A stretch of DNA of 64,000 nt from Candidatus Omnitrophota bacterium (GTDB taxonomy: Bacteria > Omnitrophota > Omnitrophia > Omnitrophales > Aquincolibacteriaceae). The notes under the pieces are model-generated. The model did not search any database and had not been told where the DNA came from. It worked only from the letters and a program-made list of their open reading frames with translations. Below, piece after piece: positions 9,826 to 19,967 of the stretch (position 1 is its first letter; the number at the start of each line of letters is the position of its first letter). The stretch covers positions 7,515-71,514 of the forward strand of contig JAHFHG010000005.1 in NCBI GenBank assembly GCA_023247035.1. Reading direction: 5' to 3'. The position numbers were made by a program, and so were the translations under genes.

Positions 9826-11158
9826 AGAAATTTGTCCCTTCGTCGCCGTGGGCCCACTCCAATCCCAAGACGGCATGATTTAGAATGCTGATGCGGAATC
9901 CCAAGCCGTAGGACTCCTTGAAATCTTTGAACTGAAAATCCGAAAAGTCCCGAAACACCTGGCCCTCGTCCCAAAAAAGAACCGTATCGAGCTTCCAGTC
10001 TTTGTACTCCCAAATCGTATAACGGTATTCGAGGTTCAACAGCGCGTCGCTCTCGGCAAAAAATCTATTTTGAGCAAAGCCGCGCAGAGTCTGGCTTACG
10101 GAAGGATAAGCGCCGTAACCGCCCAGCTTAGCCATTTGATGAAAAGGGACGTCGCGGCCGGACAGTTCATTATTGTGCTCCCCGTGAAACCGAAGGGCAA
10201 GGACTCGGCGCGCGGAGCCTAAAGTGAAATAACGGCTTGCATCGGCTTCGTATTTGAAATAGCGCGCGGTCGAATTCCCAAGGCCTTCATTAAAATTGAA
10301 TCCCAGGCGCAGGCGCCCTCCCGCGGTCGAATTCTCCCGCTGGTTTCTCGTATCCCAGACAAACTCCGGCCCGATTGAAAGGAGTTCATCGCCGCTTAAA
10401 CCCGGAATAGACCCTGAAGAAAAGATGCGGTCGATAATCCCTCTGCCGCCGTCTTCGCCGTTTGTAATGTTAATGTTCCGGTAGGAAAATTTTAAGTCTC
10501 CGGAAAGCAAAGGATGCGGGGCATAGCCTACGTTTGCGCTGAGCGTTGTCGCCTCTAATTTATAGGATGTCCCGTCGCCCCGGCTTGTGTTTGGCCCGAT
10601 CCCGTGAAAATACTCCTCCGGACGGGATTCGTAGTTAAAAATCCCAAACGCGCGGAAGCCCGTGCCCCCGATACGCTCCAGCCCCGCTTTGGAACCCACC
10701 TCGAAAATCGACCGGTGCGCGTAAGAGGTCCAGCCCTGAACGATCAGGTCCGGGAAATGTGTTTTTTGCTGCGCCATACGGACAAAATCAAATTTTGTCC
10801 CGTTGTTGTTGAGGCCTATTTTGGGCGTAATTCCAAAATCCTGAATTTTCTCGTAGAGGTAGATGGTCTTTTCATACAAGTGTTCTTTCTCAACAAAAAC
10901 AAGGCCCTGGTCGACGGGCCATTTGATGAGTTCAAAAGGATAGACGAGAAAATGAGTAAGGGCATTTTGAGTCGAAGATTCCGGAGCCGGCTCCTTTTTG
11001 AAAATGGCGCCGTAGCGGTCGTAGCTTGCTTGCTCAGCCCAAGCTTGCAAGGAAATCCCCGCCAAGAAAAATCCCAGAAATCCGGCCGCAATTCGAGTGA
11101 AAACTGGGGTAGGTTTCAAAAGACGTGGCATAAGTGTTTCTTTATTACGGCTAGTCAT
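9800..11158 (-). CDS. Omp85 (BamA/TamA) family outer-membrane beta-barrel without POTRA domains
   Basis: Signal peptide (LQAWA|E), amphipathic strands, WDTRN, LRGFAQNRF lid motif, LEYRY, SYGLGFR, C-terminal Phe. Confidence 0.85.
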   Translation of the reverse strand: MTSRNKETLMPRLLKPTPVFTRIAAGFLGFFLAGISLQAWAEQASYDRYGAIFKKEPAPESSTQNALTHFLVYPFELIKWPVDQGLVFVEKEHLYEKTIYLYEKIQDFGITPKIGLNNNGTKFDFVRMAQQKTHFPDLIVQGWTSYAHRSIFEVGSKAGLERIGGTGFRAFGIFNYESRPEEYFHGIGPNTSRGDGTSYKLEATTLSANVGYAPHPLLSGDLKFSYRNINITNGEDGGRGIIDRIFSSGSIPGLSGDELLSIGPEFVWDTRNQRENSTAGGRLRLGFNFNEGLGNSTARYFKYEADASRYFTLGSARRVLALRFHGEHNNELSGRDVPFHQMAKLGGYGAYPSVSQTLRGFAQNRFFAESDALLNLEYRYTIWEYKDWKLDTVLFWDEGQVFRDFSDFQFKDFKESYGLGFRISILNHAVLGLEWAHGDEGTNFYVETRAPF

Positions 11159-11167
11159 TCTTTTTTC

Positions 11168-13597
11168 TTAACTTCCAAGAATTTCGTGGAAACGCGGCTC
11201 ACGTTTGATCTTTTCAAGCTGCGGCCAGTTGCGGTTCCATTGGAGTTCGGAAACCACAAAAATTCCGATCAGGGAAAACCAGCGGTCTTCAAAACCGGCC
11301 AGCCCTTCGAGAATCCCCACAGCCTCCTCTTCTTCCGTAGACGAACTGTTGGGCTCCAAAACGCTCCCTAAAATGAGAAGGACGTCCGGCTCCACGGTGT
11401 TGGACAAAAGCTCGACGGCCTGCTGGCGGACAGGGTCGGATTCCGGGTGCTCCACAATCCAGGCGTGGATGTTGTGCATCATTTCGAGAGGGTACAAGAG
11501 ATCCAGGTAATGAAAAAGGCGTTCCAGGCTTTCGTCTAAAACGGTTTTGAGCGCCACCCTTAAGTACTTCGGATTCCCGCTCTTGGTTTGACGGTCATAA
11601 AAAAAAATCAATTTTTGAAAATTCTTATAAATTTTCACTTCGCGCGCGATCTCTGTTTTGATGGAAGCCGGGTTGATGGCCAGTTTCGGATCTTTTTCGT
11701 GCATCTGATCCAGCGCTTTTGCGATCACAAACCGGAATGCGTGATCCTGGGTTTCGCTGGAAAGCTTCAGAAGCAGGTCGAGAGCCTCCTGCTTGACGAT
11801 AAATCCCAGCAGCCGCACGGCTCTGCGTTTGGCATCCAGCCCTTCTTGCCGGTTTTCCAGGATTTTTTCCAATTGGTTTAAAATTTCCTGCGGGCCGCTT
11901 TGAAGATAATCCTTCCAGGCCGCCCGATTCAAAGCCTCCGGCCGTCCGTTTAAGAAAACGCGGTGGATGAAAAACCAATAATCATCGTGCGTCAGTTCAT
12001 CCTCAAGGCTGTTTAGGCTCTGATGAACCTGGAAGGCCTCTTCGCGGATCATCCGCTCCACCAGCCGCCTGGCCGAAGCCAGGTTCTGCGATCTCGTGTA
12101 AGCGAGGCAGGCCGTGGCCGCAATTTTTCGGGTATAAGAAGAAGGGTGGTTGATCAGAAATTGTATTTGATGCCAATTTTTTTCATCGTAAAGAAAACTC
12201 AGGACGTCGGTGGCCCGCTGGGCCTTGACGACTTCGGTGTGCGGCCAGCGGTGAAGCAGATGATGGCGCAAGAGATCGGAATAATTTTTACGCATTTGCC
12301 AGGCTAGGAAAAACCAAAGCGGCATCAACGTCAAAACCAGGATGCCGAGCCGTTCATCGCTAAGGCCCAAAAACGGCGCGGCAACGGCAATGTAAAGGCC
12401 GCCCAAGGTTTTTGCGCCTCGGAAACCCAGCATATCGATAATCGGTTTAACCCGGCGCCTGAGCGAACTTGAAAGAGGAAGAAACAGGACTTCCTTACTG
12501 GCCTGCTGAATGGAATAGTTAACGCTTCCGTCGAACGTTTTAAGAAGCAGGCTCGGAATCAGGAGCGCGGGAGAAAGAAAACTGAAAATAGAAAACGCGG
12601 CCAGCCCCAGCGGGAGCAGTTGAAGGGAAAATCCTATTCCAAGATACCGCAGACAAAGGCTGGTCAAAAAAAGCTGGATCAATAAAGAAACGCCGTTCAA
12701 AGAGGCCATAAATCCGCCCAGAAAAGCGGTCCGGTCGTCTTTGCCTAGAATCGCCAGCTCGACGCTGCGGCTGAATTGATTGTCAATAATCGTCGAGGCA
12801 ATCTTGGCGATTATGACGATCAAAGCAAGCATGATCAGGTAAGACGAACGGCGGACAATTTGAGGCCGCGCAGGATTCATCAAGGTAACCGTGAAGTCCG
12901 ACGAGTTCGCAGCTTGGCGCCTCTTCTCCCGGGGGTCGGGTGACTTGCCTGGGGAAGGATCGGAAGGCGCGGCGTCCATCCAATCCCGCGCCGGGACTTT
13001 TTTCCAGATCAAAAAGTTCAGGATCCCGCACAAGAAAAGAAGGCCGGCGACTCCTAAAAGCAAATCCTCCGTCTTCAGCCAGCGCACGGCGGCCTGCGTA
13101 AAAAAACCGCCCATCACTCCTCCGAGGGAGCCGCCGCTGATGATCAATCCAAAAAGACGTTTGGCCTCCGCCGGATTGAAAATATCATTGGCGAGGATCC
13201 AGAACTGCGTGGTCATCGTAATCGAAAAAGAAGCGACCCAGACATAAAAGAATGCGGAAAGATACGGCGTGTTCCGCCGGAACAAAAACCAGAAAATAAG
13301 AAGATTCGAGATAAAAAATGCGGGCACCAAAACGGAAAAGATATTTTTAGGAATGCGTTTGGATAAATAAACGTAAACCGCCACAACAAGAATAAGAAAA
13401 AATCCTTCGCCCATATACATAAACCGCAAATTCTGGGCGCCCAGCTCGGTCAAAAAAAGCGAGCTTCGCACAGGTTTGAGGATATAGATCAGGGCAATGA
13501 TCAGAAAAAAGCTGCAGAACATAAGGAACGTTTTTTTGCGTTCCCCGGGATGGATGTCGACAAACGCGCCCAGCAGCCGGCGCAGGAGTTGGGGCAT
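11168..13597 (-). CDS. NTT/TLC (Npt1/Npt2-like) nucleotide transporter fused to HEAT-like repeats
   Basis: ~12 TM segments; YILKPVRSSL, QFWILANDIFNPAEAKRLFG, YSIQQASKEVLFLPL...KPIID; ~370-aa helical C-terminal tail. Confidence 0.85.
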   Translation of the reverse strand: MPQLLRRLLGAFVDIHPGERKKTFLMFCSFFLIIALIYILKPVRSSLFLTELGAQNLRFMYMGEGFFLILVVAVYVYLSKRIPKNIFSVLVPAFFISNLLIFWFLFRRNTPYLSAFFYVWVASFSITMTTQFWILANDIFNPAEAKRLFGLIISGGSLGGVMGGFFTQAAVRWLKTEDLLLGVAGLLFLCGILNFLIWKKVPARDWMDAAPSDPSPGKSPDPREKRRQAANSSDFTVTLMNPARPQIVRRSSYLIMLALIVIIAKIASTIIDNQFSRSVELAILGKDDRTAFLGGFMASLNGVSLLIQLFLTSLCLRYLGIGFSLQLLPLGLAAFSIFSFLSPALLIPSLLLKTFDGSVNYSIQQASKEVLFLPLSSSLRRRVKPIIDMLGFRGAKTLGGLYIAVAAPFLGLSDERLGILVLTLMPLWFFLAWQMRKNYSDLLRHHLLHRWPHTEVVKAQRATDVLSFLYDEKNWHQIQFLINHPSSYTRKIAATACLAYTRSQNLASARRLVERMIREEAFQVHQSLNSLEDELTHDDYWFFIHRVFLNGRPEALNRAAWKDYLQSGPQEILNQLEKILENRQEGLDAKRRAVRLLGFIVKQEALDLLLKLSSETQDHAFRFVIAKALDQMHEKDPKLAINPASIKTEIAREVKIYKNFQKLIFFYDRQTKSGNPKYLRVALKTVLDESLERLFHYLDLLYPLEMMHNIHAWIVEHPESDPVRQQAVELLSNTVEPDVLLILGSVLEPNSSSTEEEEAVGILEGLAGFEDRWFSLIGIFVVSELQWNRNWPQLEKIKREPRFHEILGS

Positions 13598-14002
13598 CTA
13601 AAAAAGCCCGCCGCTTTCATCGCTCACCCCAAAGGCATTATCGATGAAACGCACTTGCGGTTCTCCCTGATTCCAAAGGATCGCTAAAACGGCAAATGAG
13701 ACGGGCATTTTTTCCAATTTTTTCTCTTTCCTAAACCATTCGGCAAGATGGATCAATTTCTTTTGTTTGACAAGGCCCACGGCCTCCTCCGGCCTCCCGC
13801 GCTCCGGGGAGTTTCGCGTCTTCACTTCAATGAAGAAAAGCCGTCTGTTTTTTTGGGCGACGGCGTCGATCTCTCCGATCTTGCACCGGTAATTTTTTTC
13901 CAAAATTTTAAAGCCCGCGCGCACCAGATAACCCCAGGCAATCATTTCCCCGCGCCTGCCCAAAGAAAGCTGAAAAGGCTCTTCCCGAGGCTGGAGCTTC
14001 AT
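13598..14002 (-). CDS. yraN: YraN family putative endonuclease (UPF0102)
   Basis: LGRRGE, NYRCKIGEIDAV, FIEVKTR, PEEAV. Confidence 0.93.
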   Translation of the reverse strand: MKLQPREEPFQLSLGRRGEMIAWGYLVRAGFKILEKNYRCKIGEIDAVAQKNRRLFFIEVKTRNSPERGRPEEAVGLVKQKKLIHLAEWFRKEKKLEKMPVSFAVLAILWNQGEPQVRFIDNAFGVSDESGGLF

Positions 14003-14646
14003 CGAGACTCTTTCTCAACAAAAAAACTGCGGACGGGTGAAAAGCTTTTCCGGTGGACCGGCGAAGGGCCGATTTTTTGAATCATTCGTAAATGCCTCGG
14101 CGTCGGGTAGCCTTTGTGATTTTTAAAATCATAGGCGGGATACAGTTCATCGAGGTGGCGCATCCAGGCGTCCCTATAGACCTTTGCAACAACGGAGGCA
14201 GCGGCAATGACTGCGGATTTTCCGTCTCCTCCGACAAGGGTCTGTTGAGTTAACGGGAGATCGATTCTGGCATTCCCGTCGATCAGCAATACGTCCGGAG
14301 TTCGAGATAGAGAAAGCACCGCCCGCTTCATGGCAAGGCGGCTTGCTTGGAAAATATTCAGGCGGTCAATCTGCTCTTCATCCACGACCCCGACACCGAT
14401 CAGCGCGATTTTCAAAATGGCTTGAAAAAGGATCTCGCGCCGCCGGGCCGGCAATTGTTTGGAATCATTGAGCCCTTGCAAGGCCCCAAGAAGGCTGTTC
14501 GTTCGGATGAAAATAACCGCGGCGGCCACCACCGGGCCGGCTAGAGGGCCTCGGCCGGCCTCATCGACGCCTGCGAACCGGCCGGTCGATTTCGCGGCGA
14601 GGAGAGAATCAAAGCGAAGAAGACGCGCAGTCGTCGACGTGTCCAA
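13999..14646 (-). CDS. rnhB: Ribonuclease HII
   Basis: GVDEAGRGPLAGPV, LNDSKQL, LIDG, IAAASVVAKV, HKGYPT, HRKSF; start uncertain (ORF open to 14790). Confidence 0.95.
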   Translation of the reverse strand: MDTSTTARLLRFDSLLAAKSTGRFAGVDEAGRGPLAGPVVAAAVIFIRTNSLLGALQGLNDSKQLPARRREILFQAILKIALIGVGVVDEEQIDRLNIFQASRLAMKRAVLSLSRTPDVLLIDGNARIDLPLTQQTLVGGDGKSAVIAAASVVAKVYRDAWMRHLDELYPAYDFKNHKGYPTPRHLRMIQKIGPSPVHRKSFSPVRSFFVEKESR

Positions 14647-14764
14647 AAAATCGGGGCCTTTTAATTTTGAAAGAGAGATTCGTTCACTGAGACTTGTTGT
14701 TCTACGTATTGCTGATGCGGAAAACCGCTGCCCCAGGCTAAAGCCGGCGGCGCGCTTTGGGCCG

Positions 14765-14790
14765 TTGCGGCGTATTGCAATACGCCGCAA
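14765..14790. repeat. Perfect 26-bp palindrome (REP-like)
   Basis: TTGCGGCGTATTGCAATACGCCGCAA equals its own reverse complement; lies just after rplS stop. Confidence 0.85.
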
Positions 14791-14813
14791 GCAAACCCTT
14801 GGTTTATAGAAAA

Positions 14814-15131
14814 CTATTTCGCTTTCAAATAATAAAGTTTGGCACGCCGCGCCTTCCCTTTGCGGCTGACGGCGATTTTTTCAACGCTGGGCGAATACAA
14901 GGGGAAATGTTTCTCCACAATATCCCCGTGCGTTTCCTTAAGAACCGTAAAGCTGGCTCCGGCTCCGGTCCCCCGGCGGCGGATGCAGATACCCTCGAAG
15001 ATCTGGGTGCGGGTCTTGTCCCCTTCCTTGACGCGGATATGAACCTTGAGCGTGTCCCCTACTTTAAACGCGGGGATCTCTTTTGTGCAGAATTCTTTCT
15101 CAACAAATTGAATGGCTTCCCTTGCTTTCAC
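14814..15131 (-). CDS. rplS: 50S ribosomal protein L19
   Basis: FKVGDTLKVH, EGDKTRTQIFEG, RRAKLYYL. Confidence 0.98.
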   Translation of the reverse strand: MKAREAIQFVEKEFCTKEIPAFKVGDTLKVHIRVKEGDKTRTQIFEGICIRRRGTGAGASFTVLKETHGDIVEKHFPLYSPSVEKIAVSRKGKARRAKLYYLKAK

Positions 15132-15868
15132 AGATTAGTCTCCTTCTTGATTAAAGTAATTTTTTCCATCAGATCCGGCCGCTTTTTCCGGGTGATCTGC
15201 CGGGAAACCGTTTGACGCCACTTTTCCACTTCCCGGTGATTTCCAGAAGCGAGAATTTCCGGCACTTCCCACCCCCTGAATTTGCGCGGCCGTGTGTATT
15301 GCGGGTACTCCAGATATCCGTGCTGAAAACTTTCCTCTTTAAGAGAGTCTCGATTTCCTAAAACGCCGGGGACAAACCGGATCACGGCTTCCATAAGACA
15401 AAGGGCCGGCGCCTCCCCTCCCATCGTTACAAAATCGCCGACGGATACAACCTGGTCCGCAAGGCGTTCCTGGACGCGGTAATCCACGCCTTCATAATGC
15501 CCGCAAATCAGGATCAAACGCTTCCGCCGCGAGAGCTCTTTGGCCAGTTTCGGGGTTAAGGACTCTCCGCCGGCATCCAGGAGCACGACCCATCCGAGGC
15601 CGCCCGCGCTTTTTAATCCCGGTTTCTTCTCTTTAGCCTGAAGGGCCTCGACACACTCAAAAATGGGCTCAGGTTTCATCACCATTCCGGGACCTCCGCC
15701 GAACGGTTTGTCGTCCACGGTTTTGTGTCTGTCCCGGGTGTGATCCCGCAGATTATGGATCCGGATTTCGACGCGGCCGTTTTGCCGCGCGCGTTTGACG
15801 AGAGACTCCTCAAGCGGCCCCTCAAAAAAATCCGGAAATATCGTCAGCACATCAATCTGAAAGGCCAT
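15128..15868 (-). CDS. trmD: tRNA (guanine37-N1)-methyltransferase
   Basis: VDDKPFGGGPGMVM, CGHYEGVD, GDFVTMGGE, LEYPQYTRP. Confidence 0.98.
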   Translation of the reverse strand: MAFQIDVLTIFPDFFEGPLEESLVKRARQNGRVEIRIHNLRDHTRDRHKTVDDKPFGGGPGMVMKPEPIFECVEALQAKEKKPGLKSAGGLGWVVLLDAGGESLTPKLAKELSRRKRLILICGHYEGVDYRVQERLADQVVSVGDFVTMGGEAPALCLMEAVIRFVPGVLGNRDSLKEESFQHGYLEYPQYTRPRKFRGWEVPEILASGNHREVEKWRQTVSRQITRKKRPDLMEKITLIKKETNL

Positions 15869-15880
15869 TTCAATGACCCT

Positions 15881-16132
15881 TCAAACTTTTTTCAGCCTCT
15901 TGGCGCGCTTCAAAAGACTCCGAAGAGCACTGCTCAACTGAGCCCCTTGCTTGAGCCAATAGTCCAGCCGCTCTTTATTGACCTCGAACTTTTCATCGGC
16001 GGGAAGCGGATCGTAAGACCCGATCTCTTCGATAAACCGGCCGTCGCGCGGCATCTTTGCGTCGCTGACCACAATGCGCCACTGCTGGCGGTTTTTGGTC
16101 CCAAAACGTTTTAATCGAATATGGACAGCCAA
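15881..16132 (-). CDS. rpsP: 30S ribosomal protein S16
   Basis: MAVHIRLKRFG, RDGRFIEEIGSYDP, WLKQGAQ. Confidence 0.98.
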   Translation of the reverse strand: MAVHIRLKRFGTKNRQQWRIVVSDAKMPRDGRFIEEIGSYDPLPADEKFEVNKERLDYWLKQGAQLSSALRSLLKRAKRLKKV

Positions 16133-16157
16133 GTCAAACCTCCTTCATTAAGGTTAA

Positions 16158-16290
16158 GCACGAAATTTGAATCTCGAAATTCGAGTTTTCAAAATTTGGT
16201 TTATTAGAACTCAAGCTAGAATTTATTTCGTATTTCGCCTGCCTGCCGCCCGGAAGGGCCGGGATTTCGTGTTTCGTATTTTGCATTTCC
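16158..16290. repeat. Imperfect inverted repeat built of ~7-nt units, with nested GC hairpin
   Basis: Left arm CACGAAA-TTTGAAT-CTCGAAA; right arm ATTTCGT-ATTTCG-[CCTGCCTGCCGCCCGGAAGGGCCGGG]-ATTTCGT-GTTTCGT-ATTTTGC. Confidence 0.6.
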
Positions 16291-16291
16291 A

Positions 16292-17557
16292 TCATTCTCT
16301 TTCCCGGTGGATCGACGCCCCTAAGAAAGAAAATTTTGTTTCCAGCTTTTCATATCCCCTGTCCAGGTGATAAACGCGGTGGACTTCCGTCGTCCCCTCC
16401 GCGACAAGCGCTGCAAGAACAAGGGCCGCGCTCGCCCTGAGATCCGAGGCCATCACGGGCGCGCCGCTCAAGCGCTTCACCCCGTGGACAATGGCGCTGT
16501 TGCCCTCCAGAAAAATTTTAGAGCCCATCCGGTTCAATTCGCTGACGTGCATAAAACGGTCGGGATAAATTTTTTCCGTAATCACGCTGATCCCGGGCGT
16601 GATTGACATTAAGGCCATCATCTGCGCCTGAAGGTCGGTAGGGAAACCCGGATAAGGCAACGTCGTCACATCGACCGGTTTCAGGCGGCCGTTGCGCCTG
16701 ACCCGCAGCGTCATTTTCCCTTTATCGATACGCACGCCCGATTGTCTCAATTTATCGGCCACCGCATGAGTATGAGCCGGTTCTGTTTTCTTGATCAGAA
16801 CATCCCCGCCGGTCATGGCAGCCGCAAAAAGATACGTCCCGGCTTCGATCCGGTCCGGGATCACCGCAAACCGTATCCCCCGCAATTTTTTAACCCCTTC
16901 AATTTCGAGGATCGGCGATCCTTCCCCGATAATTTTTGCGCCCATCTTTTTTAAAAACCGCGCCAGATCCACCACCTCAGGCTCGCAGGCCGCGTTTTCA
17001 ATCGTGGTCTTGCCTTGCGCCAGCACCGCCGCCATCATGACGTTGCCGGTCGCAAGCACGGAAGATCCGAAGGAACCTCCGAGAAAAATATCCGCGCCCC
17101 TTAACTTCTTGGGCGCCCTGGCATTGACATAACCGTGCTGGATTTCGACCTGCGCGCCCAGGGCCTCCAGTCCTTTAATATGCAAATCGATCGGGCGAGG
17201 GCCGATAATGCACCCGCCGGGGATCGAAACTTCCGCCTGTCCCATTCTCGCAAGGAGCGGCCCCATCACGCAAACCGAGGCGCGCATCGTGCTTACCAGC
17301 TTGTACGGCGCCACGGGATTGAGATTTTTTCCGGGCTTGACGGTCACCGTTCCGTTTTCATACTGGGCCTTTGCGCCAAGCGCCCTCAAAAGCCGCAGCA
17401 TGGTTTGGATGTCCCTTAAATCCGGAACATTTTCAATGACCGACTCTTCTTCGCTCAGAAGGCTGGCCGCAATGATCGGAAGGGCTGAATTTTTAGCGCC
17501 GGAAATTGCAACCTCGCCCTTGAGTTTCCGCCCGCCGGTAATGACAATTTTATCCAT
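16292..17557 (-). CDS. murA: UDP-N-acetylglucosamine 1-carboxyvinyltransferase
   Basis: GAKNSALP, MRAS, PGGCIIGPRPIDLH, PDRIEAGT, PGFPTDLQ, DLRA, LDRGYE. Confidence 0.98.
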   Translation of the reverse strand: MDKIVITGGRKLKGEVAISGAKNSALPIIAASLLSEEESVIENVPDLRDIQTMLRLLRALGAKAQYENGTVTVKPGKNLNPVAPYKLVSTMRASVCVMGPLLARMGQAEVSIPGGCIIGPRPIDLHIKGLEALGAQVEIQHGYVNARAPKKLRGADIFLGGSFGSSVLATGNVMMAAVLAQGKTTIENAACEPEVVDLARFLKKMGAKIIGEGSPILEIEGVKKLRGIRFAVIPDRIEAGTYLFAAAMTGGDVLIKKTEPAHTHAVADKLRQSGVRIDKGKMTLRVRRNGRLKPVDVTTLPYPGFPTDLQAQMMALMSITPGISVITEKIYPDRFMHVSELNRMGSKIFLEGNSAIVHGVKRLSGAPVMASDLRASAALVLAALVAEGTTEVHRVYHLDRGYEKLETKFSFLGASIHRERE

Positions 17558-17566
17558 GAATCATTT

Positions 17567-18499
17567 TCAACAATTGGCCTGCCCCATTAAAACCCGCTCG
17601 ATCTTGCTGTAATCTTGAAAGATCCGTATTTCCTTAAAGGAGTTCCTTTGCATTCTTTCGGCCACGCTTGCCGCCTGCCCTTGGCCGACCTCCACCGCAA
17701 GCCATCCTCCGGGATTTAAAAATTCCGCCGCCTCGCGAAGGATGCGGTCGTAAAAGACCAGTCCGTCTTCACCGCCATCCAAGGCCTGCCGGGGCTCAAA
17801 AAAAATTTCAGGTTCTACGCTTTCCCAGTCCCGTCTTGAAAGATACGGAGGATTGGAAACAATGGCATCCCACTTTTTCGGATTTACCTTAGAAACGTTT
17901 CGCGCGGCTTCGAACAAATCCGAACGCAGAATTTCCGAACGGGCTAAAAGACCGTAACGGGCTAAATTTTTGCCCGTAATCTGAAGCGCGGCTTCGGAAA
18001 TATCCAAGAAAGTCGCGCGGGCATTCTGAAAATAGCGCAAAAGCGCAATCCCAATCGCGCCGGAGCCGCACCCCAAGTCCAAAAACCGAAAACTTTTTTC
18101 TTTAGAAAATCCGGCGACGTCGATAAAACGCTCGACCAAAACTTCGGTTTCAGGACGCGGGATTAAGCACCCTTCGCGGACTTCAAGATATTCATTCCAA
18201 AAATACGCCCCGCCCGAAATATAAGCGGAAGGGATCCTCTTTTTCCGGAGCCGGATCCACTGCCGGTATTGCTTCAGATGTTTCGCCTCAACCGGCTGTT
18301 TGGCTTTAAGATAAAGGGCCGGCCTGGAGCAGCCCGATACTTCCCGAAGCAGCTTCTCAGCTTCCGCGGCCGCTTCTTGAATTCCAAGAAATTCCAGTTC
18401 TTTTTTTCCCCACTCGAGAATTTCTTCGATACTAAAGGATTGAAAGGGCGCGGGCTTGGAGAAAACCTTGGAAAGAGTTGCCTGAAAGAGAGGATTCAT
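17567..18499 (-). CDS. prmC: Release factor glutamine methyltransferase
   Basis: [30 protein letters not shown]; follows prfA. Confidence 0.96.
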   Translation of the reverse strand: MNPLFQATLSKVFSKPAPFQSFSIEEILEWGKKELEFLGIQEAAAEAEKLLREVSGCSRPALYLKAKQPVEAKHLKQYRQWIRLRKKRIPSAYISGGAYFWNEYLEVREGCLIPRPETEVLVERFIDVAGFSKEKSFRFLDLGCGSGAIGIALLRYFQNARATFLDISEAALQITGKNLARYGLLARSEILRSDLFEAARNVSKVNPKKWDAIVSNPPYLSRRDWESVEPEIFFEPRQALDGGEDGLVFYDRILREAAEFLNPGGWLAVEVGQGQAASVAERMQRNSFKEIRIFQDYSKIERVLMGQANC

Positions 18500-19578
18500 G
18501 CGGCATCCGTCAGTTTCCGCTCTTTTTCACTTTTTTCCAGAGCCTGGATCAGCTCGTCCAAATGGCCGTCTAAAATATCATCCAAGCTGTGCAAAGTCAA
18601 ACCGATTCGATGGTCCGTAACCCGTTGATCGGGAAAGTTATAAGTGCGGATTTTTCCGGAGCGGTCGCCGGTTCCGACCTGCTCTTTACGCTGCTTGGCG
18701 ATTTCGCGCTGATGCTTCTGCTGCATTTCATCATAAAGCCTCGCCCTTAAAACGCGCAGGGCCTTGGTTTTATTCTTGTGCTGGGAGCGCTCATCCTGGC
18801 AGCTGACCACAAGCCCGCTCGGCAGGTGTGTAATCCGGACCGCGGACTCCGTTTTATTCACATGCTGGCCGCCAGCGCCCGAAGCCCGGAAAACATCGAT
18901 CTTCAGATCTTTCATATCGATTTCCACTTCCGTCTCATCCGCTTCAGGGAGCACCGCAACGGTAACCGCCGAAGTATGAATGCGGCCGCTGGATTCCGTT
19001 TCGGGCACGCGCTGCACCCGGTGGATCCCGCTTTCATACTTAAAAAATAAATAAGGCGATTTCCCCGCGACGCTGAAAATAACTTCTTTAAATCCTCCCT
19101 TGCCCGTCGGATTGGAACTCATCACCTCGAGTCCCAGCCCTCGATTCGATGCAAATTTCGAATACATTCTGAAGAGATCCGCGACAAACAGCGCCGCCTC
19201 TTCGCCGCCGGTCCCTGCGCGGATTTCAATAATACAGTCCCGGTTTGAGTTGGGATCGGAATCCTTGAGAAGACGGCCTTCGATCTCTTCGAGAATCCGG
19301 CTTTTCCGGGCCTCCAGGCTCTTTAATTCTTCTTCGTACAGTTTTTTCATCTCCAGATCCAAATCCCGCTCCCGCAATGCGTGCCCGATATCCGTTTCTT
19401 CCCTTTCAAGCTTAAGGTAGGCGTCGTAGCCTTCGGCGACCGGCCTTAATTCGGCAAGCTCCTTTGCAAACTTCTGATACCGGGACGGATCTTTCGCGGC
19501 CGCAGAATCCGAAAGTTCTTTTTCGAGCCCTGCGATTTTCTGCCTGATTTTTTCAAGACGGCTCAAAAGCTTTGTCAT
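18496..19578 (-). CDS. prfA: Peptide chain release factor 1
   Basis: [20 protein letters not shown] (PxT), [15 protein letters not shown]. Confidence 0.97.
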   Translation of the reverse strand: MTKLLSRLEKIRQKIAGLEKELSDSAAAKDPSRYQKFAKELAELRPVAEGYDAYLKLEREETDIGHALRERDLDLEMKKLYEEELKSLEARKSRILEEIEGRLLKDSDPNSNRDCIIEIRAGTGGEEAALFVADLFRMYSKFASNRGLGLEVMSSNPTGKGGFKEVIFSVAGKSPYLFFKYESGIHRVQRVPETESSGRIHTSAVTVAVLPEADETEVEIDMKDLKIDVFRASGAGGQHVNKTESAVRITHLPSGLVVSCQDERSQHKNKTKALRVLRARLYDEMQQKHQREIAKQRKEQVGTGDRSGKIRTYNFPDQRVTDHRIGLTLHSLDDILDGHLDELIQALEKSEKERKLTDAA

Positions 19579-19608
19579 GCCCGCAGATGCTTCCGTGATT
19601 GCAATCGC

Positions 19609-19917
19609 TTATTCGGTTTCTTTTTTGAGATCTTTCAGAGAAGTTTTGAGCGGGAGTTTTTCTTTTGCCGGCGCCGCGGCGGACTTTTTCGTTTTTTTCT
19701 GAGTGCCCAAAGCCACGCGGGAGCCGAATTTTTTCTGAAACCGGTCAATGCGCCCTGCGGTGTCCATCAATTTTTGCTTGCCCGTAAAAAAGGGGTGGCA
19801 GGCGGAGCAGATTTCGACCTGAACCACTCCTTGAAGCGTGCCCTGGGTTTCAATCACGTTGCCGCACGCGCAATGAATGGACGCGTGGCCGTATTTGGGA
19901 TGAATGTCTTGTTTCAT
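19609..19917 (-). CDS. rpmE: 50S ribosomal protein L31 (Zn-binding type, Lys-rich tail)
   Basis: [23 protein letters not shown]. Confidence 0.97.
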   Translation of the reverse strand: MKQDIHPKYGHASIHCACGNVIETQGTLQGVVQVEICSACHPFFTGKQKLMDTAGRIDRFQKKFGSRVALGTQKKTKKSAAAPAKEKLPLKTSLKDLKKETE

Positions 19918-19967
19918 CGTTTATTCTCCGTTTTAAATTTCCGCGCACGGATTTTCTCCGCGCCGGA

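Noticed and set aside
11175-11195. Additional parS-like site (TTTCGTGGAAACG)
   Set aside because: Only a half-site match, inside a coding region
14647-14790. N-terminal extension of RNase HII
   Set aside because: The upstream TTG lies inside a REP-like palindrome; probably non-coding
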